Assembly: GCA_038087875.1 (NCBI GenBank)
Contig: CM075983.1
Location: 25,296,001-25,360,000 of the forward strand
DNA from: Malacoraja senta
Lineage: Eukaryota
Direction: 5' to 3'
DNA length: 64,000 nucleotides
Shown here piece by piece: positions 26,110 to 38,970 of this stretch. Made by a program: the position numbers and the translations under genes. The stretch's first letter is position 1. Each line of letters starts with the position of its first letter. The notes under the pieces are model-generated. The model did not search any database and was not told where the DNA came from. It saw only the letters and a list, made by a program, of their open reading frames with translations.

Positions 26110-26369
26110 ATCTTACACATCAGGATGGAACCAGTTGCTGCAAGAACATTGGTAATATTATTCCTTGTGAGCTCTTGTGTGGTTATCAGTGGGTGTGGGT
26201 GGTTCACAACTGGCCACTGGTTCTGTCCCTAAAAGGACAAATGGATGATTGCTGTCCTGGCTGCTTGCAGCCTAGGAATGGATATTTTGAGGTTGGGATG
26301 ATCCAAATTAAATAGGATCTGGGAATCATCCTTACTCTGAGACTAATTGTTCTCAACAACTATCTTCTT

Positions 26370-26436
26370 GGCCCCATAGCAGAAGCGTCCACGTCGTGGG
26401 GCTGGAAACTGGAAGTATCCTGAGCTAATTCTGCTA
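26370..26436 (+). ncRNA. HDV-like self-cleaving ribozyme
   Basis: P1 GGCCCC/GGGGCT, P2 TAGCAGAA/TTCTGCTA, P3 GCG/CGT, L3 TCCACGT, P1.1 CC/GG, P4 GGA-AGTA-TCC, J4/2 CTAA (putative catalytic C26425). Confidence 0.88.
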
Positions 26437-26561
26437 CCACCATCATCTATTGCGACAGGTGATGGCTTCCACTGATTGTCGCCGGAAGCTTGCGTCCTTT
26501 TCAGAACAGACGATGACAGCGAGGCCAACATTTGTAACAAGATGGACACGAAAAGAAGAAG
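26370..26561 (+). mobile_element. 192-bp non-autonomous Vingi/Ingi-type retroposon (family B) with 5' HDV-like ribozyme
   Basis: Perfect 12-bp TSD AACTATCTTCTT at 26358-26369 and 26562-26573. 3' end GACACGAAAAGAAGAAG is identical to the LINE end at 31096-31112. Confidence 0.9.
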
Positions 26562-27399
26562 AACTATCTTCTTTGTGCAGAATCTGTTGCCAATATGTGG
26601 AGTGTTCTCTCTTCAATTCCCATTGAATAATTTTACCAGATCTCCTTGATTCCTTTGGTCAGATGCTGTCACACATCCGGACGTTTTCCATTTTGAGCGG
26701 GCTTCAAATGAAGTCTGCAACCAGTTGTTCCTTTTGAACCCAAACTGCACATCTGTGTAGATATAATTTACCCCTGTAGTTTAATATCTGCCAGTGACAG
26801 CTTCCTGCAACTTGCTGATGATGGAGAGTAGATTGGCTTGGCAGTAATTAGTGAGATTGGACATGTGGCTTTTTGTGAATAGGACAAACCAGGGTAATTT
26901 CACACATTGATGGAGAAAAACTACTGATGCACGTGAACTGGAGCTGCAGTGAAGTTAAGTGACTATATACTGTGACAGATATAGGGGTCATTTTTTTTCC
27001 ATTTCTGCATCAGGCTATCTTGGATCACAGACACGTTCGATAAGATAGGAAGGAGCAAATTTTACAGTCCTGATCTTCCATCCCTGAATTTAAAAACACA
27101 TTCATAGGATTCCAAAGGCCTAATCTCTAATCCCTGATGAAGCTCTCAGGAGAATGCCCATCTTCCACGGTTAAGATGCTTAAAATGAATATTATGACCA
27201 GAAAGTACACAGCTGTTGTCCTAACAATACATTCAGCAATCTCCCTGCTAATGTTTGTGTATTCTGGCTGTCCCATTAAGTTACTCCAGTATTTTGTGCC
27301 TATCGAGAGTTATTAAAAGTCCCAGGCAACATTCCTGCCCTGTAATTGACCACAAATCCTCCCCTAAAGTAGTTCACGTGTCCAGTTTAGGCTGAGTAT

Positions 27400-28500
27400 T
27401 TATTGGTAAAATGGGAAGAGCAATGGCAAGTGGAATTTAATCCTGATAAAGATCAGGTGATACGTTTTGGGAGGGTAAATAAGATTTAGACATATGAATG
27501 GTAGATCCTCAGCGTCTACTGAGGAACAGAAGGACTTCAGTGCACAAATTCAGGCATCTCTGAAAGCAGCAGCACAGGTAGATAAGGTGATGAAGAAAAC
27601 TAGTTGCTTTTATTACCTAGGACATGGGCAGCACAGTTGCGTAGTGGTAGAGCTGTTGGCTTACAGCGCCAGACCCGGGTTTGATCGTGACTACGAGTGT
27701 GTCTGTACAGAGTGTACATTCTCACTGTGGTCACGTAGGTTTTCTCCAGCTGCTCTGGTTTCCTCCCAGACTCCAAATATGTACAGGTTTGTAGGTTAAT
27801 TGGCTTCGATAAAATTATAAATTGTCCCTATTGTGCAGGATAGTGTTAGTATATGGGGTGATTGCTGGTCTCAGTGGGCCGAAGGGCCTGTTTCCACACT
27901 ATATCTCTAAAGTAGATCTATAAGTAAATAATAGTAAGGAGGTTATGGAATTATTTCATAAAACATTCGTTGTGCAACAGCTGGAGTAATATGTACAATT
28001 CTGGTCACCACACTATAGAAAGGACATGATTGCACTTGAAAGAATGCCAAAGGGACTCACTGTCCTCAGATGGAATGTTTCGGTTATGAGGAGGGTCTGG
28101 AGAGGCTGGGTTTATTTTCTTTGGACAGTGGCTAAGAGGGGACCCGACAGAGGTATACAAATTGTGAGCGACACAGATAGAGTAAATGGTGAGAACCATT
28201 TCACTATAATAGAGGTGTCTAAAACAAGAGGGTTACAGTTTTAGGGTTAGAAGTTTAGAGAGGATCTGAGGAAGAACTTTTTCACCCAAAGGATGGCTGG
28301 AATCTGGAACACACTGCATGAGTGTGCTGTGGATATAGATATTCCCACAACATTCAAAAATGACCTTGTCAAGCACTTCAATCACCAAGGCATGGGAGGC
28401 CACGGACTGTATGTTGGTAAATGGCATCAGTGTAAATAGGTAGTTGATAGTCAGCATGGACAAGATGAGCCGAAGGGCCCATTTCTGTGCAGTATGCCTA
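27400..28500 (+). mobile_element. Decayed CR1 LINE 3' region containing a nested SINE
   Basis: tggcaagtggaatttaatcctgataa (WQ.EFNP.K), ttctggtcaccacactatagaaagg and ttttttcacccaaaggatgg CR1 motifs. Confidence 0.75.
27626..27912 (+). mobile_element. HE1-type tRNA-derived SINE
   Basis: tRNA-like head (A box tggtagagct, B box gggtttgatc), V-SINE-like core, CR1-type tail gggccgaagggcctgtttcc. Confidence 0.8.
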
Positions 28501-29589
28501 TATATGTCTTCATGAAAATGGTGCACCAAGAGGCATATTAGCCTCTAGTAACTGGATGATTTCAAACTAGCCAAGTGACCGAAAATCCTCTGTAGCCAAG
28601 TGTCCAACTGCTCTGAGGATATTGTTCCAGTGAGCACAAACATAAGAATAAACTTCCTTTATGGAGAGAGGAGATTATATTCTTCATGGACCGTGAGTGC
28701 ACGCTGATACAGACTGGCTAATGAATGGTTACCCCTATAAATGCGAAGCTGAACCTGATGCGCAATGAATCGACGAGTCTTCTCCAATCAATAACCCGTG
28801 CCTGCCTTCTCCCCATATTCTTTGATTCCACCAGCCCCTAGAGCTCTAACTCTCTCTTAAATCCTTGTGGCGTGCCTTGTAAGTGCACAATTGTGTAGGA
28901 TTGGTCTCAGATAACCATGCATGGACACTGATCATAGGGTGACTGAGTTTATTGTGCAGATAGCCAGTAGAAATATGTATGAATGTGACACCAATTCACC
29001 ATGTGGCTATTAAGTGGATACCCTTGTAAGGCTCAGGCAAAGTTCCAAAGTGAATCTTTGTCTTTTTATGAAGGGAAACTTACATGACTCTTTGTACGTT
29101 CATACCCTCGGGCTTGTGCCAACCTACGTACTCTAATACTATTTTGTTAGATTCTGCTCTGCTAAGGTTTCTGGTCTCTGAGGTATGACAGAGGATCAAA
29201 GGCATCCCAGTAGCAGAGGCAGCTGATATTTATTAAGGAAAACCCTGGAGAGGTGAAAACTGTCAGCATTGCAAATAGCTGCAAAAAACACAAACATACT
29301 CTCCGTGTGACATGAACATGCACGGCAAACTTCAGCAGGGCTCATGTGTCAGACATTGAAGTTACTGCGTTTGGTATTTATTTTTGCCATGTTGCAGCAT
29401 CACTTGGTTTGGCTAATGGATTATTTTTAAGTGATTAAAAAAAAAACTGGGATAAATGGCTTACTTGTGGTCAACCTACAATCAATACTCACGAGGAAAC
29501 ACATATCACTTAAATTTGGCCCAAGTATAATTCTATCTAACTACACTATCATCTCTCCTTCTTCACTCTCCTATAGCTTAGCTCATTTT

Positions 29590-30145
29590 AGTTTATTGTC
29601 ATGTATGTTGTCAGGTACAGTGAAACGTTTTTTGTTGTGTGGTAACCAGTCAGCAGAAAGACAATACATGTTTACAATCAATCCATTTACAGTGTATAGA
29701 TACATGATAAGGGAATAACGTTTAGTGCAAAGTAAAGCCAGCAATGTCCGGTCAAGGATAGTCCAAGGGACATCAAAGAGGTTGATAGTAGTTTAGCACT
29801 GCTCTCTGGTTGTGGTAGGATGATTCAGTTGCCTGATAACAGCTGGGAAGAAACTGTCCCTGTATCTGGAGGTGTGCGTTTTCACACCGATACTTTTTCC
29901 TGATGGGAGAGGGGAGAAGAGGGAGTGGCCAAGGTGCGTCTCGTCCTTGATTATGCTGCTGGCCTTGGCGACGCAGCATGAGGTATAAATGGAGTTAATA
30001 GAAGGGAGGTTGGTTGGGGGGAAGGCCTGGGCTGCATTCACAATGAGCTGCAATTTCTTACAGTCCTGGATGGAGCTGTTCCCAAACCAAGCTGTGATGC
30101 ATCCTGATAAAATGATTTCTATGGTGCATCTGTAGAAGCTTAAGA
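29590..30145 (-). mobile_element. Rex1/Babar LINE 3' fragment
   Basis: ORF 29793-30158 FYRCTIEIILSGCITAWFGN...HLGHSLFSPLPSG...RYRDSFFPAVIRQLN. Confidence 0.88.
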
Positions 30146-30360
30146 AAGAGCACATCATGTTTCACTAAGGATCCTTACAATCTGTCAGTCTCACTTTTTG
30201 TTCATTGTTTCTAATTTTTTCAGAGAAGGTTTACTATTGTCCATTTACTCCAGCATTTTGTGCCTATCTTTGGAATAAACCAGCATCTGCAGTTCCTTGT
30301 TTCTACTTTACTATTATTATTCTCTTCTGAAAGGTAGATGTCTCCTGTATAGGAGGTATG

Positions 30361-31312
30361 AGTTTAGTTTCGTTTGGAGATACAGTGTGGAAACGGGCCC
30401 TACGGCCCACCGAGTCCATGCTGACCAATGATCACCCTAGTTCACTAGTTCAATCCTGCACATTAGGGACAATCCCATGCCAAGAAACTAGACCCAGCGT
30501 TGAATAACACCTGCCGCTCAATCACTGGCTGCTTGAAGCCCACCAACATAAACAACCTGCACCTCCTCGCTGGCATTGCCCCTGCTGATGTGAGACGGAA
30601 AGTCGCCAGCCGAGTAGAGATGACCAAGGCCACCAATGATAAACGCCACCTCCTCTATGGACGTGTACCCCCGGCCCAACGGCTGAAGTCCAGGAGAAGC
30701 TTTCTCAGCCATGTCCAGCCCCTAATAGCATCATGGGAAGAAACCAGACTCCAACTATGGACAAAAGGCTTGAGGACGACCCCCCTCCTACTGACATGGG
30801 TATCCCTCCTTCTGAAGCCCTCCCTCCGGGCTCAGAAGCACCATGGGTCCAGTGGAAGACGCTCAACCGCCTGAGAACAGGAACAGGGCGATCAAAAGAT
30901 GCCATGGCCAGATGGGGCTATGAAACTGGCCAAACCACCTGTGAATGTGGAGAAGAGGACCACACAATGCAGCACTGCCTTGTCTGCCCCCTACTACCCA
31001 ACCAGTGCAGCTGAAAGGATCTTGCCGTGTTCAATAAAAACACAAAGGACTGTGTAAAGGAATGGGAAACTGTCATATAGCCAACCAGCTTCAAAGACAC
31101 GAAAAGAAGAAGAAGGGACAATTTACAGAAGCCAATTAACCTACAATTCTGCTCGTCTTTGGAATGTGGGAGGAAACCAGAGCACCTGGAGAAAATCCAT
31201 GGAGAGAACGTACAAACTCCATACAAACGGTGCCCGTAGTCAGCATCGAATCCGGGTCTCTGGTGCTGTAAGGCAGCAACTTACCGCTGTGCCATTGTGC
31301 CACTGTGCCGTC
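30361..31312 (-). mobile_element. HE1-type SINE split by a Vingi-like LINE insertion (SINE parts 30361-30473 and 31114-31312)
   Basis: SINE sequence is continuous across the duplicated AGGGACAAT. Confidence 0.85.
30474..31113 (+). mobile_element. 5'-truncated Ingi/Vingi-clade LINE (RT C-terminus and CCHC finger), pseudogenised
   Basis: CRSITGCLKPT...LAGIAPADVRR...RLKSRRSF, then WKTLNRLRTGTGR...WGY...CECG...TMQHCLVCP. One frameshift and one stop. (AAG)n tail. 9-bp TSD at 30465-30473 and 31114-31122. Confidence 0.8.
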
Positions 31313-33299
31313 CTTAAAGTTGTGTATGAGAAGAGTGTGATTCCTGTACAGAATATGTCTCAGGCATTAGAAGTGTGTGCCCTTTACAACAATGTGCATA
31401 TATTTTACAGGAGATACGTGTCTTCTATGCAAATGTGAATACCTGCATGATTAGTGTGAATCCTGCATGAAATTTCTGCACGTATTAAGCAGCGTACATT
31501 TTATTTGTGACTTGTAAGATGTGAGTATATGTACCTTGTTGGAGTTGTAGCTGCTATGTGAGGAACAGTAACCTTGTTTGAGTGATGAGTGGGCCATTTT
31601 GATAGATTGGGTGGTCTTTTATTTGAGAGCTCTTTGATCATTGTCGAGATGTCCCCTATGAGAGCCATATTCCTTAAAAAGTCTAGTCCTGTATAGAAAG
31701 CAAGTTTCCCGCAAGAGCTGAGAATATTCTGCATGGGTGGAGTTTCTCCATGTCACTTGAACAGTTTCCATCTTACCTGGGATAAATTAACGATTAACCC
31801 CCCATGTTCAGAATACAAGAGAGGCATTGAACATTTTTTTTTAAATCTTCCTATTCTTAACATAAGTAAAAGCACTTTATTGTCCACTCAGCTGCCAAAT
31901 TGCAACAACCACTGATTAACCAGCCATCAACCATTGTGCACTGTACCATGCTCCAATCAGCCCTTGACCTTTTCTAAGTGTATGTTAATAGATGTTAACT
32001 TCCTGTTAATTTCTGATTTGAGGCTTTAATTGATGTTCACTATAGGCTCTTCATACATTTTTAACAAGTGTTTATTCTTTGTCTGACAATAATTAATGCA
32101 TAATTAATATTTAAACATTGCCTCTTTTATGAAAATGAGCATCTGATTTATTTTAATTTTAAAGTTCTTGTGTTTGGATCCAAGCTATTAAAAAGGTATC
32201 CAAGTAATTTAATTTCTATTAATATATCGTCTAAATGCTATGGTTGTAAGGGATGATTTCTGATTTTGTGGGGAGTCTGCGCTATACTCCCTTGTGCCTA
32301 GCCCACTCACCTTTAAGGGGGGTCTAATTACACTAAGCAGTGAATGTGGATTTAAGTAGCACATTCTGTCAATACTTTACTATTAACCTCCTTGGATCTA
32401 TACATCATGGTATGACTGGGGTGGATGCTTCCCTCTGTCACACATGGACTTGCTGTGATTTAGTGCAGTTCCTGGGTTAATGAGCTGTGGAAGACAGCCA
32501 AGCCCCAGAGGGGAAGCACTCATCCAAAAACAGGAGCAAGTGATAATCCATAGCACAATTTAAGAAGCTGGCACATATTCAGCCACTTCATGTTTGCTTG
32601 GTGACTTAAACTAATTTCATTAGCCCACCACAATGGAGGAGGATATACAGTACCTCCCAGAACAAGAGCTTTATGAAATTTAAAACTAAAGCTTCAAACA
32701 GATCGATTCATGCCCTTCTTTATCATTGGAAAATCTGTTTCACTCAGAGTAGATTATGACAGCGATCATTTCTGGGCGAAACTGTGCCAATCGCAAAATT
32801 GGGCCTAGTATTTCCAGTTACAATGTTATGCATCAGACATTACATCATCACCAGTGCACCTTTGACTCCCTTGCAATTGAAACTTAAGTTTCAACATTGT
32901 ATAAGTGTCACGAATAAACAAGGTGCACAACATGTTGGACTCGCCAATGAGATGTGCATTAGAATCTCCAAGCTGATGAATATTTTGATCCTGAAATCAG
33001 AGAGAACCATTTTCCAATGGTCAAAAACTGATCATTTTTCTTTGCTACGTCCAGTCAAGTGGTATTGTTCATTTTTGGCACGTGACTCTATCAGGGTATT
33101 GGATTATGTGGGAATGCCCAGATACATTGAAGATCACTTTCACATCTCCTTTCCCTTCATTTTTCCTCACCTCCGTGCCTTTTGTGCAACTTGTCCATGG
33201 CTGCTAAGGGATTGAGTCCTTTGAGGTCTGTTGACTTTCCTGGCAAAAGCTTGGTAAATGTGCAGCAATCACAATGACATACTGAAACCTGTATTTAGA

Positions 33300-34600
33300 A
33301 AAAAACAAAGTACTGAAGGAACTCAGCGAATTAGGCCACATCCGTGGAGGGAATGGACAGGTGAAGTTTTGTGTTGGGATCCTTTTTCAGACATGGAGTA
33401 GGAAGCTAAAAAAAGAGGTGAAAGTTGGGCAAAGCCTGGCAAGTATTAGGTGGATATAGGTGAGGATGGGTGTGAATGATAATTGTGTGGATATAAGTGA
33501 CAGAGACTAGAAGTGAAAAGGAGAAAAAGAGATGTCAGATAAGAAAAGGAGGAGTGAAAAGCGATGTTTTAGGGAGAGATCTGGTGGAAGGGTTCATGGG
33601 GATAGGAAAGAGGGTGGATAAAAGGGAAATGGGGAAAAGAAAAGATAAATTTAACCCACCTTCCTCCTTCCCTCGCCTCAAGTCAAGTCAAGTCGTCAAG
33701 TTTATTCGTCACATACACATACGAGATGTGCAGTGAAATGAAAAGTGGCAATCCTTGCGGATTGTGCAAAAAACAAACAAACAACCAAACAAACTACAAA
33801 CAGAATGGAACAGAATCACATATTCTTTTACATATTAAATATTGTGGGCGGAAGCAAAAAGGGAAAAAAAAACAGCAATTTAAAAACAAACAGTAGGGTG
33901 GTACAGTAAAGTTAGTCCCTGGTGAGATAGGAGTTTACAGTCCTAATGCCCTCTGGGAAGAAACTCCTTCTCAACCTCTCCGTTTTCACAGCATGGTAAC
34001 GGAGGCGTTTGCCTGACCGTAGCAGCTGGAACAGTCGGTTGCTGGGGTGGAAGGGGTCTCCCATGATCTTATTGGCTCTGGAGTTACACCTTGTGATGTA
34101 TAGTTCCTGCAGAGGGGGCGAGTGTAGTTCCCATAGTACGTTCGGCCGAACGCACTACTCTCTGCAGAGCCTTCTTGTCCTGGGCAGAGCAATTCCCAAA
34201 CCAGATTGTAATATTTCCGGACAAGATGCTTTCCACAGCCGCTGAGTAGAAGCACTGGAGGATCCTCGGAGACACTCTGAATTTCCTGGCTTCACAATAC
34301 AATTCTCCACCTCATTCCTTATCTGACACACTTTTGTCTTCTTTTCACCTCCAGCCTTTGTCACTAACTCCACCCACCTGACAAACATCCCCCTCACTTG
34401 TATCCACCTATCAATTGCCATGCTTTGTCCCATCCCACCTCTCTTTTCCAGCTTTCTCACCTCTGCACTACCAGTTTGAAGAAGGGTCCTGACCCAAAAC
34501 GTCGTCTGTCCTTTCCCACCACAGATGTTGCCTGTCCCGGTGATTTCCTCTAGTACTTTGTGTTTTGTTCAAGATTCCAGCATCTGCTGTCTCTTGTGTC
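33300..34600. mobile_element. Inverted pair of Penelope-like terminal fragments (33300-33650 minus; 33655-34600 plus), interrupted by Rex1
   Basis: Mirror-image GA-rich and CT-rich halves, each with a decayed hammerhead-like core (~33360-33390 and 34476-34503). Confidence 0.6.
33679..34287 (-). mobile_element. Rex1/Babar LINE 3' fragment with (CTTGA)n tail
   Basis: RKFRVSPRILQCFYSAAVESILSGNITIWFGNCSAQDKKALQRVVRSAE. Confidence 0.88.
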
Positions 34601-37429
34601 TACAGCTTCTATTGGGGAAAGTTCACGCCATGTTTTAGTCTGTCTTTCTGGGTATAAATCACTCCAGTGCTGTTCCAAATATAATTTGGTCCAAATTCAC
34701 ATATTTCTGCTGGTGACCTGCAATATCATTGGTACTAAACTCATCAATGGTGTAGCACATTGAAATGGATGAAATTGAATATCTAGATTTTAGTCACCAC
34801 ACTAGGAATGATAATAATTGAAAATAAACATTAAATATTCCATCTCTTGGACCCATATTATAGCAAATTGTATATAGCATAACATCAACATAGTTGTAAC
34901 CACGGTTATATCCCGTTATAACCATCTGGAGAATTGGGACAGCAATTGCTCTTGATGACAGACACCTGAGTGTAAACAATCTGGCTTTAACATTTTGAAA
35001 AGTTGTGAAGGAAAGAATGAATAGTGATGAATATTTCCCTCAAAAACGTCAAGTATTGCCAAGTATTATAAGATAATTGTCAAGAAATCAAACACACAAT
35101 TTAGAAGGAATGAATGGTTTCATCTGTGAACGAGACAAATAGAGGGATTATGCTGATAAGCACAGATGAAGGATGGGACGAGGCTTGTTGAATAGACACA
35201 CCATGAGAAAACTTGTTTCTGTATTGTGCATACAATGTCATTCTCTGTAACGTGGCATCTTCAGACCACTGAAGGGAGTGTTCGGTGACTCAGTATGGCG
35301 ATTTTTATGGAGTGAATGTGGAACTTAATGTGTGATATTCCTTATAGCATACTGATGACCAATTACATTAGTTTTATTTTAAACCCATTGCCTTGTACCA
35401 TACAACTTCCTCCATTGCTCTTCCTGGATGTGTGGCTGCATTGAGAGTAGTGCTTGGTTAACTGCTCAGCCTAAAAATTACAGCAGGAATATGTGTGGAG
35501 AAGGACACAGGTCACATAAACAGAAGTACAAGACTTGGTGTTTGCAAGGGTGAGAATAGGTGGCAATGGGTTCGAATTTCAAGATCCAACATGAGTAGTA
35601 TGGGGTAAACATCAATCCCATATCTGTCTCCATCCTGTCCACCACCCAGTACAAAGGAGAATAACGAGCAGGCTCCCGGAATATTCCAGATGTAGTTGGT
35701 CACACAGTAATTATAATGTATCTTACAGGTATCTTACAAGAACCCCTTTTTGTACATTTTAGTGGCTAGCCAGTAAAACAATGACACAAGAGTGCGGTTC
35801 AGATTCCTGGGCTCTGCCTGGACCCAGACACCCTTCAACCTCTTCTTCAATGGTTCAACATTACTGATCAGTAATATTGCTAGAGTTTGCATGTTGATAT
35901 TTCACAGCCACTTGCGCATGGAAGATTTAGTTTTATTTTTTTTACTAAAACTAAAACAAAGTTGATGCAGCAAGATGGCCAAAAGTTAGCCCTTTCCCAG
36001 GAAGTCATCGAGTAGCATTGCTAAAAAGTTATAGACCAGGGGAGAAGTAGATGAATATTATTGAATGAGTTCAACTAAATACACAAAATTCAACGGGCAG
36101 AAAACCTCATGGCTTATCTTTTAGCCCCTTCAAGATGCCATGTCTAGTCTGTTATGACCAGATACAAAGGAAGCTAGCCAGTGCTACATAGTTCTGACTA
36201 TTCTCAAGTCAAGTAGACATTATTATATTGTCAGACGCACAGATATGATAGGTGCATTGTGCATATTGAACACATTGGGTAGAAGCTTATTTACTGGCAG
36301 CAAAAACAATCTGCTGGAGGAACTCAGCAGGTCAGGAAGCATCTGTGGAGGGAAATGGACTGATGATGATATGGATCAGGATCCTTCTTTAGAACCTTAT
36401 AGGCAGCAGGTGGCAAATTTGAATATTGAGAAAGGGCAACTTGGGTGCTGTATATAATAGTGTCCAGAAGAAATATTGGGGAAAATTGTTATGTTTGATA
36501 ATGACCATTACTTGAATTGGAGTTGACCAATAAATATATCGGCTGGTAAGGCCAGGCATTCCCATATATAGTTGCTCGTCCCAATCAGGGGTCCACATTT
36601 CTCACTGGCGACTGCTCAGGTTACAAAATTTCTTAGGAATGGCACCCTGCCATAAATTGGGGAGGAATTGTATAGAAGTGCAGTTCCCAGTTATCTGAGT
36701 GATTCTTTATCAAATGGGGTTCTTTTGAATCCATTGTTGAGTGGTGTCAAACAGCTGACACCAAGCAGTTGATGGAGATGAGATTGCATTAGCTCATGGA
36801 TCCCTGACACAGACATTTTATTCTGACGGCCAACTCTTGCATCTAAATTAACTTACCTGTTTTTTCAAAAGCAGCCATTATAATTATTATGACTGCAGTG
36901 TGACTGGGGCAGACTGTCAAATCAATCCATTTTGCATATCCTCCAAATCTATCCAACATGGATGGATTAAAATTGCTGTGAAACTTGAAGAAGGCAAACA
37001 AGCAATGAAAGCAACTTGAGAATCACAACAACAATATTATATTCAGCAGCCCCACTGCCGATATAATGTCAATTAGTACAAGTGAGTTCTACGGACTCTT
37101 TTATAACAAGAGAACTACTGTTCACTCTCGCTCGTTTTCACTCTGAACTGCTATGGCACAAACAAATTATAATCATTTAATTTGCCTGTGAATTATTTAC
37201 TTTGGGCACCCCATTAAATGCAAATGTTGTTGCAATAGGATAAATAGGGAACCAGATAGTGAGTGCATGGGACTAACCTAGGAAAACCGTTAGGTGATTC
37301 TGATAAATAAGTCATTTGGTTATTTATTATATATCATGGGAGACATTACAAAGGCAAATAATAATGCATTGTTCCTTCCCCTGCTGTAAATATGATACAG
37401 TTTATCCTAATTTTATCCTGTTTTATCAG

Positions 37430-38000
37430 GGATGTAATGCTGTGGCTCTAAAAGGCGCTGGTAAGCACATTTGGAATATTGTGAGCAATTTTGGACACCA
37501 TACCTGGCTCTGGAGAGGGCCCAGAGGAGGTTTACAAGAATGATCCCAGGAATGAGTATGTTAACCTATGATGAGCGATTGTCGGCACTGGGCTTGTACT
37601 CGCGGGAGTTTAGAGGAATGAGGGGGGACCTCATTGAAACATACAGAATAGTGAAAGGCTTGGATAGAGTGGATGTGGAGAGGATGTTTCCACTAGTGGG
37701 AGAGTCTAGGACTAGTGGTCATAGCCTCAAAATTAAAGGACGTTCTTTTAGGAAGGAGATGAGGAGAAATTTATTTAGTCAGAGGGTGGTGAATCTGTGG
37801 AATTCTTTGCCACAGAAGGCTGTAGGGAGTCAGTGGATATTTTTCATGGATATTTTTAAGGCAGAGATAGATAGATTCTTGATTAGTACAGGTGTCAGAG
37901 GTTATGGGGAAAATGCAGGAGAATGGGGTTAGGAGGGATACAGTAGATCAGCCATGATTGAATGGTGGAGTAGACTTGATGGGCCAAATGGCCTAATTCT
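37430..38000 (+). mobile_element. CR1/HER1 LINE 3' fragment
   Basis: ORF 37471-37932 LEYCEQFWTPY..LERAQRRFTRMIPGM...RGDLIETYRIVKG...VVNLWNSLP. Confidence 0.92.
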
Positions 38001-38789
38001 AATAAAGCAGTAAAATAGTCACATTAGAATTTGGTATTTACACTATGTGAGACATGATTTAGTCAGCAATCAGTCTTAAATTTAAGACAATTGTATCAGA
38101 AAGAGGGTAGACATTGATTCTTTACATTGGGAAATTAGATTAAAAGGTTTGTTAGAAGATAAACAGTGGCAAAAATATAAAATATATCGTAAGTTTTAAA
38201 TATGCATGTCATTGAAAATAAAATCTCCAGGGTAAATGTAATCCATCTTTGGCTACCTAACAGATTAGGAATGGTATTACTTCAAATGATTATAATGTGG
38301 CTTAGCATTTCAGTGACGCAAATAATAGCTACCACTTCTCAACCCAAACTTGAATGGTTTCTAGATTTTGCACAATGCAGGTCTGGGCTTCTCTAACTCC
38401 TGATCAATGGCCTTGCTGAAAAACAGATTGGGCACTAGTGAGCAGTTTGTTGGTAAAATAGTTGTCAATTTCTTCAATTCCTTCCGTGATTATTAAGTAT
38501 AGATTGACTGGGCAGTAATTAGCCAGAATGGATTTGTTCCTTCTATGAACAGGATAATTTCCACAATGTTGGGTAGATATTAATGTTGCAAAAGAACTGA
38601 AATGTCTTGAGTAGAGACATGACTATTTCAGTAGCATGTCTTCAGGACTGTAGTGGAATGGTGTCTGGTCTCATACCTTTGGATATATCCTGTACTGTCA
38701 ACTAATTTGGTGCCACATGAAGTGAATTAAATTGGCTTTTGTAACAGCAGTGATCTCAGGAGAACGACGAGAAAGATCATGCACTCCAC

Positions 38790-38970
38790 GTTTAGAGTCA
38801 CACAGCACAGAAACAGGCCCTTCAGCACAACTTGTCCATGCCGACCAAAATGCCTTATCTACGTTAGTCCCACCAGCACATGTATGGCCCATATTCCTCC
38901 AACCCTTTCCGATCCATGTAAAAAATTGCTCCTCAGGTTTCTATTAAATCTTTCATCTTTCACCTTTCAA
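38790..38970 (-). mobile_element. CR1/HER1 3' tail fragment
   Basis: cagcacagaaacaggcccttc motif. Confidence 0.7.

Noticed and set aside
27626-27700. tRNA gene
   Set aside because: It is the tRNA-derived head of an HE1-type SINE and has no complete cloverleaf.
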